From contig JBAPTW010000152.1 in NCBI GenBank assembly GCA_049282355.1, forward strand, positions 1,224-65,223: a DNA stretch of 64,000 nt. The letters are read 5' to 3'. Positions 9,923 through 18,527 of the stretch are shown piece after piece. The notes under the pieces are model-generated. The model had not been told where the DNA came from. It ran no database searches and saw nothing but the letters and a program-made list of their open reading frames with translations. The stretch comes from Gammaproteobacteria bacterium. GTDB lineage: Bacteria; Pseudomonadota; Gammaproteobacteria; HK1. Each line of letters starts with the position of its first letter. Within the stretch, counting starts at the first letter, position 1. The translations under genes and the position numbers were made by a program.

Positions 9923-10930
9923 TCAGCCACCAATATAGGACATCTCTATTCTCGGAAGCGCCGCCGTCTCAGCCGAGCGCCTTTCGGAATAACGATCGTG
10001 GCGCCGCGACCAAATAGCCGCTATCGCCTGCGCGATGTAATCATCAGCGGCACCGCCGCGAACGAGGTACCTTAGATCATGTCCCGCGGATGCAAATAAA
10101 CAGGTATAGAGCCGCCCCTCAGCCGAAAGCCGCACGCGCGTGCAGTTGCCACAGAATGGCTGGGTAACTGAGGTGATGATGCCGATCTCACCTTGTCCAT
10201 CTTGGTATTTCCAGCGGCTGGCGACTTCTCCCGGGTAGTTGGGAGACACCGGCGCGAGAGGCCACTCACGGTGAATGCTGTCGACAATCTCTGCACCTGC
10301 GACAACCTCGTCAAGCCGCCAACCGTTGGACTTTCCAACGTCCATATACTCAATGAAGCGCACGATATGGCCGGTCCCGCGAAACCGGCGTGCCATCGGC
10401 ACGATACTATGATCATTGACGCCGCGTTTGACGACCATATTGATCTTCGCAGGGGGAAATCCAACGTTGGCCGCGTTGCTCAGGGCCTCCTCGACACGGC
10501 TTACTGGAAACCCCACGTCGTTCATTGCTCTGAATGTCTGATCATCGAGCGCATCCAAGCTCAAGGTCAAACGCTTCAGCCCCGCATCCCGCAGTGCTCG
10601 AGCCTTGGCCCGTGTCAAACACGCTCCATTGGTCGTCAGGCTTAGATCGCTCAAGCCCGGAAGCGCCGCGAGCATTTCCACCAGCCGCTCGAGCTCTCGG
10701 CGCAGCAACGGCTCTCCGCCGGTTAGCCGAATTTTCCGCACGCCCATGGCTATGAGGACGCGAGCAATGCGGGCGATCTCTTCGAAGCTCAGCAGAGCCC
10801 GTCGTGCGAGAAATGGGTACCCAGCGCCATAGGTCGCTTTCGGCATGCAATAGATGCAGCGAAAGTTACAGCGATCGGTAACGGAGATCCGAAGGTCGCG
10901 GATGTGTCGTCCGCATACGTCCGTAGGCAA
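9923..10930 (-). CDS. moaA: GTP 3',8-cyclase MoaA (molybdenum cofactor biosynthesis, radical SAM)
   Basis: 335 aa with [18 protein letters not shown] radical-SAM cluster motif and C-terminal [13 protein letters not shown] motif. TTG start with GAGGAGG upstream. Confidence 0.95.
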   Translation of the reverse strand: MPTDVCGRHIRDLRISVTDRCNFRCIYCMPKATYGAGYPFLARRALLSFEEIARIARVLIAMGVRKIRLTGGEPLLRRELERLVEMLAALPGLSDLSLTTNGACLTRAKARALRDAGLKRLTLSLDALDDQTFRAMNDVGFPVSRVEEALSNAANVGFPPAKINMVVKRGVNDHSIVPMARRFRGTGHIVRFIEYMDVGKSNGWRLDEVVAGAEIVDSIHREWPLAPVSPNYPGEVASRWKYQDGQGEIGIITSVTQPFCGNCTRVRLSAEGRLYTCLFASAGHDLRYLVRGGAADDYIAQAIAAIWSRRHDRYSERRSAETAALPRIEMSYIGG

Positions 10931-11020
10931 AACCCGCAGCGCCTCCTCAAATTGTTATTTCTTGGTTGTGGAGAGTGCTTTGTGCCACACCGTGAGCCAG
11001 CCGCCCATTGCTGCCCCTCG

Positions 11021-11497
11021 CTAGCGTGCGATGGTATTGGTACGCCGTATTTTCTCGTGCAGCTGCAAAATACCGTACAGGAGCGCCTCCGCGGTTGGCG
11101 GGCAGCCCGGCACGTAGATATCCACCGGAACGATGCGGTCACATCCCCGAACGACCGCATACGAGTAATGATAATATCCGCCGCCATTGGCGCACGAACC
11201 CATGGAGATGACCCATCGCGGCTCTGCCATTTGGTCGTAAACCTTACGCAACGCGGGCGCCATTTTATTCACCAGCGTCCCCGCGACAATCATCACATCA
11301 GATTGGCGCGGACTTGGGCGAAATATCATGCCAAACCGATCCAAGTCATAGCGAGCCGCACCCGCATGCATCATCTCAACTGCGCAACAGGCAAGCCCGA
11401 ACGTCATCGGCCACATAGAACCCGTGCGCGCCCAGTTAATCAGCTTGTCCGCACTTGTCGTTACGTAGCCCTTCTCGAAAACACCTTCTATAGACAT
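11021..11497 (-). CDS. nuoB: NADH-quinone oxidoreductase subunit B homologue (stand-alone)
   Basis: 158 aa. [26 protein letters not shown] and YVPGCPP are present, so all N2 cluster cysteines are retained. No nuoA or nuoC ORF flanks it. Confidence 0.9.
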   Translation of the reverse strand: MSIEGVFEKGYVTTSADKLINWARTGSMWPMTFGLACCAVEMMHAGAARYDLDRFGMIFRPSPRQSDVMIVAGTLVNKMAPALRKVYDQMAEPRWVISMGSCANGGGYYHYSYAVVRGCDRIVPVDIYVPGCPPTAEALLYGILQLHEKIRRTNTIAR

Positions 11498-11811
11498 GGG
11501 GGTGATAATCTCCTACACCAGCGGCTTATCGTTCATCGGCATTTCCGCTCGTGCGCAAGCGCCATCCCCGCACGGCGCCTTCGAGGCGGTTCTAAAATGC
11601 CGCGACCGCCGGCACCACAGCAAGGCCACATGTACGCAAAACCTACAGTTCCCGACAGGATCAGTCAACTCTTCTCATCGAAAAGGCGCTACTGGTGATG
11701 CTATTTCACCATCCCGGTATCGTATCGACTCAATACATTTCTGGCAAGGCAAGATTTCCTGTGGTAGACCCCGAACGAAAAGTGCTGGAAACTCTCAAGA
11801 AGTAAAGTCGC

Positions 11812-12090
11812 TTATTTATCCGAGTGCCCAAGAGGTTTTTCCGGTGCTATTCGATCGCGAACTCGTTGCTTTAGCTCCTTGGACTCGGGAAAACGCTCCT
11901 CAGTCTTTCTCGACCAAATCAGGTCACCATCTACTCGAACCTCGAATATGCCACCGGTTCCCGGAGCGAGCGCCACCTCGCCAAGCTCGGCCTCGAAGGT
12001 CGTAAGAAGCTCCTGCGCCATCCACGCAGCACGCAGCAACCATCGGCATTGGGTACAATATCGAATCTCCACCCGCGGTTGATTCACCAT
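11812..12090 (-). CDS. SelW/SelT/Rdx family thioredoxin-like protein
   Basis: MVNQPRVEIRYCTQCRWLLRAAWMAQELL, with the CxxC motif (CTQC) near the N-terminus typical of the Rdx family. The ATG at 12090 has AGGGGA 8 nt upstream. Confidence 0.8.
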   Translation of the reverse strand: MVNQPRVEIRYCTQCRWLLRAAWMAQELLTTFEAELGEVALAPGTGGIFEVRVDGDLIWSRKTEERFPESKELKQRVRDRIAPEKPLGHSDK

Positions 12091-12163
12091 TGCTAACATC
12101 CCCTAGATTGACTCTCAAGATTAACCAAACTTATTCATACCAAACCCCATAAGGAGGCTTGCC

Positions 12164-12814
12164 ATGGCGCCCAGTGGCTCGGCCCCAGTGCCCACTCAAC
12201 TCAATCTTCATCGGCAGTCAAAAACCCTCGAGCTTAGTTTCGATGAAGGCTCACACTTTATCCTGCCCTGCGAATACCTCAGAGTATTCTCCCCCTCCGC
12301 CGAGGTACGGGTTGCCGAAAGCCGGGGCGAAGCTGTCATCGGTAAAGAAAATGTGAATATCTCTCGAATAGAGCCCGTAGGCAATTATGCCGTCAGGCTA
12401 GCCTTTGACGATGGCCACGACACGGGCGTTTTCTCCTGGGAAACACTTTATGAGCTCGGCCGCAGCTATGAGGAAAATTGGCAGAATTACCTCGATCGTA
12501 AACAGGCATTGGAAGCGCAGCGGACAAGGGAACAAAAACCAGGCTCGATGATCCATCGAGTTAAGCTGCGACTACTTTTTTTTGAGCGCCTCGTCGATCA
12601 CCTGGGATATGAGACAGAGGATATGATCCTTGAGAGTGCCACGCCGGACGTGCGCGCACTGCTTGCCAGCCTTCGCAGCCGTGATTCTGCTCTGAGCGAA
12701 GTGCTTGCGGACCAGGCGGTCAAGGTAACCATAAACAAACAGTTCGTATCACTGGATACATGGCTACGCGACGGCGATGAGGTTGCCATTGTGCCGGTTC
12801 GGCCACTGCGTTGA
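12164..12814 (+). CDS. DUF971 domain fused to a MoaD/ThiS-like beta-grasp domain lacking the C-terminal GG
   Basis: AAGGAGG lies 7 nt upstream of the ATG. The N-half (LELSFDEGSHFILPCEYLRVFSPSAEV...GNYAVRLAFDDGHDTGVFSW) is DUF971-like. The C-half (KLRLLFFERLVDHLG...VTINKQFVSLDTWLRDGDEVAIVPVRPLR*) parallels MoaD but ends RPLR rather than GG. Confidence 0.7.
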   Translation: MAPSGSAPVPTQLNLHRQSKTLELSFDEGSHFILPCEYLRVFSPSAEVRVAESRGEAVIGKENVNISRIEPVGNYAVRLAFDDGHDTGVFSWETLYELGRSYEENWQNYLDRKQALEAQRTREQKPGSMIHRVKLRLLFFERLVDHLGYETEDMILESATPDVRALLASLRSRDSALSEVLADQAVKVTINKQFVSLDTWLRDGDEVAIVPVRPLR

Positions 12815-12960
12815 TCCTTATCCACACACCGACAAACGCAAGAGGCAGAGGGATACGCGAGGAAGGCAAAGTGTCGCTACTGAGCAGCATGGCGCAACAG
12901 GGATAGTGGCGTCACCGGATATCTCGTCTCGGGAGGTGGAAACTGGCTGGTTAATTGCGG

Positions 12961-13707
12961 CTAACCAACGGTGCCCTGCAGCTCTTCCATCAGTCGCCCC
13001 ATGACATAATCCATGATCGCCTCTTGCTGGGCGCAAAATTCCCGGGATCGTTGGGAATCGAACTGCAAAGCATACACGATCGAGTTCCCCTCCAGCGCCC
13101 GACTCCGAATCCAAGCGACAAGCGACAAGGCAGTATCATGAGTGGGCAAACGGATCTTCGCGCACACGCACTCCACATCGGTCAGCAAATAGTCCGCCGC
13201 GCCATCGGCAACAATGCCCATGCCGGTGGCGGAGATATCCTTAAGGGACACGGTCAATGGCGAACGGCCGTGGCGCTGCTCAAAGACCTCAATTTGAACC
13301 TCCACACGTTTGTCGAGCCGAGGCTCGACGCGGTCAGCGTTACGCCGATTGAATAGACGGTAAAATTCCTTTGCCACCTCGCGACTGTACGCTGCCTGGC
13401 CATTGAACTGAAAGCTGTAACGCCGGAACCCATCCCCCTCCTCCCGTGAGAGAACCATCGCTGGCAGCTCGACCGTCTTGCCTAGGTAGGCAGAAGTCAA
13501 TGCCAAGACCACTTGCTTGCCAATGGGCAGCTGGGGAACATGAGGCTGTGGAAACCGCATGCCTACACCGCCTCTAGGCACGTCTGTCACCTCTCCCGCA
13601 TGCGCTTGCCCGCAGCCCGCCCGTACTTCAACACCGAGCTTGACATCCGTCTCTGGAGCGATGGGAATGATGGTGCGACCACTTCTTCTAGATTCCTGTG
13701 GCGGCAT
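12961..13707 (-). CDS. Tandem PilZ-domain protein (putative c-di-GMP receptor)
   Basis: Two RxxxR ... D/NxSxxG motif pairs: RRSGR...DVPRGGVGM and RRNADR...DISATGMG. The ATG at 13707 has AGGAG 8 nt upstream. Confidence 0.8.
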   Translation of the reverse strand: MPPQESRRSGRTIIPIAPETDVKLGVEVRAGCGQAHAGEVTDVPRGGVGMRFPQPHVPQLPIGKQVVLALTSAYLGKTVELPAMVLSREEGDGFRRYSFQFNGQAAYSREVAKEFYRLFNRRNADRVEPRLDKRVEVQIEVFEQRHGRSPLTVSLKDISATGMGIVADGAADYLLTDVECVCAKIRLPTHDTALSLVAWIRSRALEGNSIVYALQFDSQRSREFCAQQEAIMDYVMGRLMEELQGTVG

Positions 13708-13972
13708 GGTCAATACTCCTGGAAACAGAAGTTAGCATTGGAACAGGCGATGAAAGACCTATGAGGAAGCCCCGCCCCTGAATCGGCGAAAGTAAGCGGT
13801 TCCTTTAGGACTTGCGCGTAAGCAGGAGTGGTGTCTCAAGCGCTGAGCCTTCAGACCCAAACTAACGCAGCCAATATTGGTAAAATGACTGGTTAGAGAA
13901 AGTAGTTACGTAGACTAAAGATCAGGCTGTGGCCGAGACGAACTCGGGCCGAATGTCTAGGAGGTAATCTCC

Positions 13973-15070
13973 ATGCGAGCCAAAAATATTTTCAACGTTT
14001 GGCCGACGCGATACTGGCAACGACTCGCTGACGACCGTGTGCAGTGTAATGTGTGTCCGCGCTTTTGCAAGCTGCACGAGGGGCAGCGGGGGCTTTGCTT
14101 TGTCCGCGCCAATCAGAACAACCGGATTGTGCTTACCTCTTATGGCCGCTCCAGCGGTTTCTGCATCGATCCCATCGAGAAGAAACCGCTCAATCACTTC
14201 CTCCCCGGAACGCCGGTTCTATCGTTTGGAACAGCAGGTTGCAACTTGGCCTGCAAGTTCTGTCAGAACTGGGACATCAGTAAGTCCCGCGAATTCGATA
14301 CCTTAGCCGATGAGGCGCCGCCTGAGATAATCGCCCGTGCTGCCCACGAGCTGGGATGTCGAAGCGTGGCTTATACCTACAACGACCCAGTCATTTTCAT
14401 GGAGTACGCTATCGACGTCGCTAGAGCTTGCCGAGAATACGGCATAAAGTCAGTGGCGGTCACTGCGGGCTACATGTGCGAGGAGCCGCGTGCGGAGTTT
14501 TACCAGTTCATGGACGCGGCAAATGTAGATTTAAAGGCGTTTACTGAGCGCTTTTATTGGAAGCTCACCGGTGGTCATTTGCAGCCGGTACTGGATACTC
14601 TGCTATACCTCAAGCACCATACCGATGTCTGGATCGAGCTCACTACGCTGCTCATTCCAGGCGAAAACGATTCGGACGAAGAGCTTGAGGCGGCAACCCA
14701 GTGGGTTGTGGAGAACCTAGGGCCCGATGTGCCTATGCATTTCACAGCCTTCCATCCAGATTGGAAAATGCTCGACAAGCAAGCTACCCCAGCTCAGACT
14801 CTGAGCCGAGCGCGCAGGATTGCGATGAGAAACGGCGTTCGGTATGCGTACACTGGAAATGTGCACGACGAAGAGGGCGGAAGTACGTACTGTCACCGCT
14901 GCGGCACGAAACTTATTGGGCGCGACTGGTATACCCTCACCCAATGGGGTCTAAGCGAAGACGGTCGATGCAACTCCTGCGGCACGGCATGCGTCGGTGT
15001 ATTCGAGGCAAAACACGGCAATTGGGGTGCCGCTCGACGCCCGGTGCGCCTTAAGGACTTTGCCGCCTAA
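13973..15070 (+). CDS. AmmeMemoRadiSam system radical SAM enzyme (AmrS-type)
   Basis: AGGAGG RBS. CNVCPRFCKLHEGQRGLCFVRAN auxiliary motif plus the GCNLACKFCQNWDIS radical-SAM motif. A C-terminal CHRCG...CNSCG is also present. Confidence 0.85.
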   Translation: MRAKNIFNVWPTRYWQRLADDRVQCNVCPRFCKLHEGQRGLCFVRANQNNRIVLTSYGRSSGFCIDPIEKKPLNHFLPGTPVLSFGTAGCNLACKFCQNWDISKSREFDTLADEAPPEIIARAAHELGCRSVAYTYNDPVIFMEYAIDVARACREYGIKSVAVTAGYMCEEPRAEFYQFMDAANVDLKAFTERFYWKLTGGHLQPVLDTLLYLKHHTDVWIELTTLLIPGENDSDEELEAATQWVVENLGPDVPMHFTAFHPDWKMLDKQATPAQTLSRARRIAMRNGVRYAYTGNVHDEEGGSTYCHRCGTKLIGRDWYTLTQWGLSEDGRCNSCGTACVGVFEAKHGNWGAARRPVRLKDFAA

Positions 15071-15124
15071 GAAGTTGTTTTAAAAATGTCGCGAGCGCCG
15101 GAGACGCTGGCGCACGATAGCGCG
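15071..15124 (+). repeat. Left-arm partial copy of the MITE-like family
   Basis: GAAGTTGTTTTAAAAATGTCGCGAGCGCCGGAGACGCTGGCGCAC begins immediately after the TAA stop (15068-15070). The remainder to about 15176 is degenerate. Confidence 0.75.
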
Positions 15125-15293
15125 AATTGTGCGACTCACATGACAGCTGCAGTGCATTTTGTTACTTTTGTAGCTTGTCCTCGGAAGGTTGCTTGCGGCG
15201 AGGACAAACAATAGGAGATTTCTACAGGGGGTGATCGGCTATATCATGATCAATGCGCTTAAAAGTCGGCGCGCGCATGGAGAACAATGAAAA

Positions 15294-15485
15294 ATGGACA
15301 TCTTTACCATTCTGATCATACTCGCCCTACTTGCGACTATCGGGGCACTTGGAACCGGCATAATTGATATGATGCGCGGGCGTCAGTTCGAACAGCAAAG
15401 TAGCCAAGCGATGTGGGCCCGCGTCGGATTCCAAGGGATCGCCATAGTGCTCATGATGATCGCCCTATTTCTGTACTCGGGGTAA
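15294..15485 (+). CDS. Twin transmembrane helix small protein (HIG1-like)
   Basis: 63 aa with two hydrophobic helices separated by MMRGRQFEQQSSQAMWARV, typical of this family. Confidence 0.7.
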   Translation: MDIFTILIILALLATIGALGTGIIDMMRGRQFEQQSSQAMWARVGFQGIAIVLMMIALFLYSG

Positions 15486-15707
15486 ACGCTTCGGAGAGGC
15501 TACCGAAAACAGAGACACAAGACGAACGAAGTCGTCGGGAAAGCCCGAACGTGCGTCAGAGGCTCGCTTGGCGCGAGCCTGGAAAGCATGCGGCTTCAAG
15601 CGTCAGGGACAGAGGCGCAGTGTGCTTTTTCGTGAAGACTGCTATTGCTTGGGCGCTGGGTGCAATAGTGAGGGAAATGTTGTGGCTCGCGCCTAGGCGC
15701 TGACTCA

Positions 15708-15792
15708 GAGGTTGTGAAGAAACCGTAGCGAGAGCACGGTGAAGAGCCCTATCTGATAAGATAGTTATGAGAGGGTGTTTTCAAACAGCCTC
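15708..15792. mobile_element. Short variant (85 bp) of the MITE-like family, GAGGTTGTGAAG...CAAACAGCCTC subtype
   Basis: GAGGTTGTGAAGAAACCGTAGCGAGAGC...GGTGTTTTCAAACAGCCTC. Flanks are TCA (left) and TTA (right). The right TTA is the pcm stop codon. It is closely similar to the copy at 60581-60676. Confidence 0.7.
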
Positions 15793-16470
15793 TTAGTGGG
15801 TCGTCACCAGCTTGGAGAAACGCACCCGGAGAATTTCTTGGGTGGATGTCAACCCTTCCGCATCTTTTCGGACAAGCATTAACTGCTGCGCATCTTCGAC
15901 GCCGGCCGGAATCACCATTCTCCCACCCGCACTCAGCTGATGGAGCAGAGCCGTTGGAATTAGCTCTGGTGCGGCCGTCACAATCACTTTGTCGAAAGGT
16001 GCTTGGGCAGCCCAGCCGTGCGAACCGTCGCCGATCCTGTGCTCGACATTCGTACAACCCTGCTTGAGCAGGCGCGATGCCGCCTCGCGCGCCAGCTCTC
16101 CAATAATATCAACCGTGTAGACAGTTTTCGCCAGCTTAGACAAGATGGCTGCCTGATAACCAAGTCCGGTCCCAATCTCCAGAACGCGATCGTCCGGGTT
16201 TAGCTCCAAAAGATCCGTCATCAAAGCGACGATGAAGGGCTGCGATATGGTCTTTCCAAAGCCAATAGGCAGAGGATTGTCCATGTAAGCAAAGGCACGC
16301 AATTCCTCAGGAACAAACTCGTGCCGCGGCACGGTTCCCATAACCGCCATGACCCGATCGGCCAGCTCCGTTTTGCCGATCTCAGCACTTACGAGACTGG
16401 CGTGGAATGCAATCTGCTCCACCATAGCCTGACGCAGCGCGCTGAAATGCACATCCTGTGAATCGATCAT
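15793..16470 (-). CDS. pcm: Protein-L-isoaspartate O-methyltransferase
   Basis: 225 aa with the SAM motif VLEIGTGLGYQAAILS and the ISQPFIVALM motif. Confidence 0.95.
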   Translation of the reverse strand: MIDSQDVHFSALRQAMVEQIAFHASLVSAEIGKTELADRVMAVMGTVPRHEFVPEELRAFAYMDNPLPIGFGKTISQPFIVALMTDLLELNPDDRVLEIGTGLGYQAAILSKLAKTVYTVDIIGELAREAASRLLKQGCTNVEHRIGDGSHGWAAQAPFDKVIVTAAPELIPTALLHQLSAGGRMVIPAGVEDAQQLMLVRKDAEGLTSTQEILRVRFSKLVTTH

Positions 16471-16719
16471 GGCAGACCGGTTACTGGGTGAGTAGCCAAC
16501 ATGACATCATCAGAAGTAAAGAACTCTTCCCTCAGTAGTTAATCACATTTTTGTTGAGAGGGCGAGCCTCCCTAAGCCACCAGCCGGACAATCGAAACGG
16601 CGATTACGCTCGAGGATACTCTTAGGAAAACACCAGGAAAGAGAAGATGTGCAGCAGCGCGAGTTTTGGCGCGAGCTACAAGGAAAGTGGGACCGAGGGA
16701 AACCGCCGTTGATGGCTTA

Positions 16720-16933
16720 GAAACTGTTGAAAAACCGTCACAAGCGCCGGCAGAGCAGGACGTACGGCGGCGAAACAAAATCATCAGGAACGATTTCGGA
16801 CAGTGACACGAGGCCCGAAGGGGCAAGTCCCAGAAATAGGGCGAGTAACCCAGACTGAGCCTGAGAGTATCAGGATTCCGAGCCGCCTCGCAATGCCGCT
16901 AGGGCACAAGCGCAGTCGTTCTTAAGCCAGCTC
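16720..16933. mobile_element. Long variant (214 bp) of the MITE-like family
   Basis: GAAACTGTTGAAAAACCGTCACAAGCGCCGG...GGAACGATTTCGGACAG...GAGCCGCCTCGCAATGCCGCTAGGGCACAAGCGCAGTCGTTCTTAAGCCAGCTC. Flanked by TTA on both sides (16717-16719 and 16934-16936). Same length and architecture as 35485-35698. Confidence 0.75.
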
Positions 16934-17306
16934 TTAAATGGATACTAGCCGACAGAGGAGATTAGAATCGTAGGATCGCCGTGATGACCAGCAGGGAAAT
17001 TAAGGACATCACTATTAGAGTCGCCACACCCGTCCCCTCAGTTCAGAAAAATCACATCCCTTGAATGCTCTGACCTCAACCCCCAGCGCATCATCCCCAA
17101 TGCACAGCGTTCAGGCCAGGCTCCTTACTGAGGCATCGGCAAAATCACACGAAAGTTTAAACAAAAGCGGTCGCCGATAGGGCTTTCTCCGGACAGCATT
17201 GCCCTAACCGGGGTTGACCAACCTCTTTTCGCAGGCGCTTCAGAGGGTGTTTTACTGAGAACATCGTAAGTAATGCCACGTGGTCCGCAATGGGCTCGTG
17301 GGGACC

Positions 17307-17415
17307 GGGTGCCGCCAGGGCGGCGGCACCCGAGCTTACAGGGGTAAGACCGATCGAGCAGAAGTGCCGGTGACACTTCTGCCGGTCGCACGGGCTCGCC
17401 CCGGATGGCGAGCCC
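17307..17415. other. Cluster of three perfect GC-rich hairpins in a 1.2-kb non-coding gap
   Basis: GGGTGCCGCC/GGCGGCACCC (17307-17331), GCAGAAGTG/CACTTCTGC (17358-17382) and GGGCTCGCC/GGCGAGCCC (17392-17415). No credible ORF spans them. Confidence 0.6.
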
Positions 17416-17664
17416 TGGGCCTGCGAGCGAAGCAGGATTGCGTCGCGATGCAGGTATTCACGGCGTGTCCCCACAAAGCCTATCCGGGACCACTCCCCTC
17501 AAGGATGATTCTACTAACGACGGTGTTAGCAATCCCGGCAAGCGCAACAGATTTTAAAATCTCCTCTCACGCCCGGTCGCGCATTGGCGCCGGACTTTAC
17601 ACACGACGTCTCTCCAGCGCATTGCAGCAAGCCGGATTTATAGAACGGTGGAAATGCAGTATCC

Positions 17665-18324
17665 CTAGCTGAGGGGAGATAGCGTTAACTCGACGCGCCG
17701 GTTGCGCTGTCTCCCGTCAAACGTATCGTTGCTCGCAATGGGATCCAACTCACCGCGACCAGCGCTCTGGATCCGAGAAGATGCTAAGCCCTGAGCCATG
17801 AAGTATTGGCTTACGCTCGCAGCACGTTGCTCGGAAAGCCGCCTGTTGTAATCTTCACTGCCGGTGCTGTCGGTATGGCCCGTCACCTGGACGACAGTCT
17901 TGTCGTATTCCTTGAGAACTAACGTCACCGAGTTGAGCACATCGAAAAAGTTTGGATTGATTTCCGCTCGGTTTGTGGCGAAAGTAATCTGCCCTGGCAT
18001 ATTGAGTACTACTCGATCTCCCACCCTAGAGACACTGACGCCAGTTCCCTCTAACCGCTGTCGTAGCTTCGCTTCCTGTACGTCCATGTAATAGCCAACG
18101 CCCGTGCCTGTTAGAGCACCGGCACCTGCCCCTATCAGGGCTCGTTTGCCCCGCTTCCCGCCCGAGAGGGCACCGACTGCAGCGCCCGCCGCCGCACCGA
18201 CTGCAGCACCCGTCGCGGCCTTGCTTACCTGTTGCTCCTGAGTATAGGGATTCGTCGTACATGCAGTAATAAGCGCAATCACGCTAACTGCGGTCAGCAT
18301 ACGAACACATGGGGCCGAATGCAT
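17665..18324 (-). CDS. OmpA-family lipoprotein with glycine-zipper region
   Basis: MHSAPCVRMLTAVSVIALITAC lipobox. Gly/Ala zipper GAAVGAAAGAAVGALSGG. OmpA C-domain motifs: TGHTDSTGSEDYNRRLSEQRA and NRRVEL. AGGAG lies 8 nt upstream of the ATG at 18324. Confidence 0.85.
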   Translation of the reverse strand: MHSAPCVRMLTAVSVIALITACTTNPYTQEQQVSKAATGAAVGAAAGAAVGALSGGKRGKRALIGAGAGALTGTGVGYYMDVQEAKLRQRLEGTGVSVSRVGDRVVLNMPGQITFATNRAEINPNFFDVLNSVTLVLKEYDKTVVQVTGHTDSTGSEDYNRRLSEQRAASVSQYFMAQGLASSRIQSAGRGELDPIASNDTFDGRQRNRRVELTLSPLS

Positions 18325-18430
18325 ACCAGTGTCTCCTGAAACGGTGGGTATATATAAATAAGCAACGGGATTGCTCGAAGCCTCTCCCGCGAGCCCGTCG
18401 GCTGTCGAGTCGCATCAGGCTGCTGTTCGG

Positions 18431-18500
18431 CAATGAGGCCGATTTCTTGAGCCGCCGCCCACATCGCCATGCCAAGCACAGTGGGTTCTTAAACAGCTTC
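18431..18500 (+). repeat. Right-arm partial copy of the MITE-like family
   Basis: ATGAGGCCGATTTCTTGAGCCGCCGCCCACATCGCCATGCCAAGCACAGTGGGTTCTTAAACAGCTTC aligns to the right arm of the 40195-40337 copy. Confidence 0.7.
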
Positions 18501-18527
18501 TCAAGATCAGGAATGACAGAAAAACGA

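Noticed and set aside
10931-11020. Possible Moco riboswitch upstream of moaA.
   Set aside because: Only 90 nt separate the nuoB stop and the moaA start, too short for the ~140-nt motif. I could not identify conserved Moco-motif blocks.
17100-17500. Possible RNase P RNA, tmRNA, SRP RNA, 6S RNA or cobalamin riboswitch.
   Set aside because: I looked on both strands for GGAAAGTCCGGGC, the tmRNA 3' end, the SRP GGAA motif and the B12 box (GCCACTG) and found none. The region is kept only as an unnamed hairpin cluster.
17125-17672. Three overlapping ORFs (88, 105 and 130 aa) in the 1.2-kb gap.
   Set aside because: They have no RBS and no family resemblance. Their Arg/Gly/Pro-rich composition is driven by the GC hairpins.
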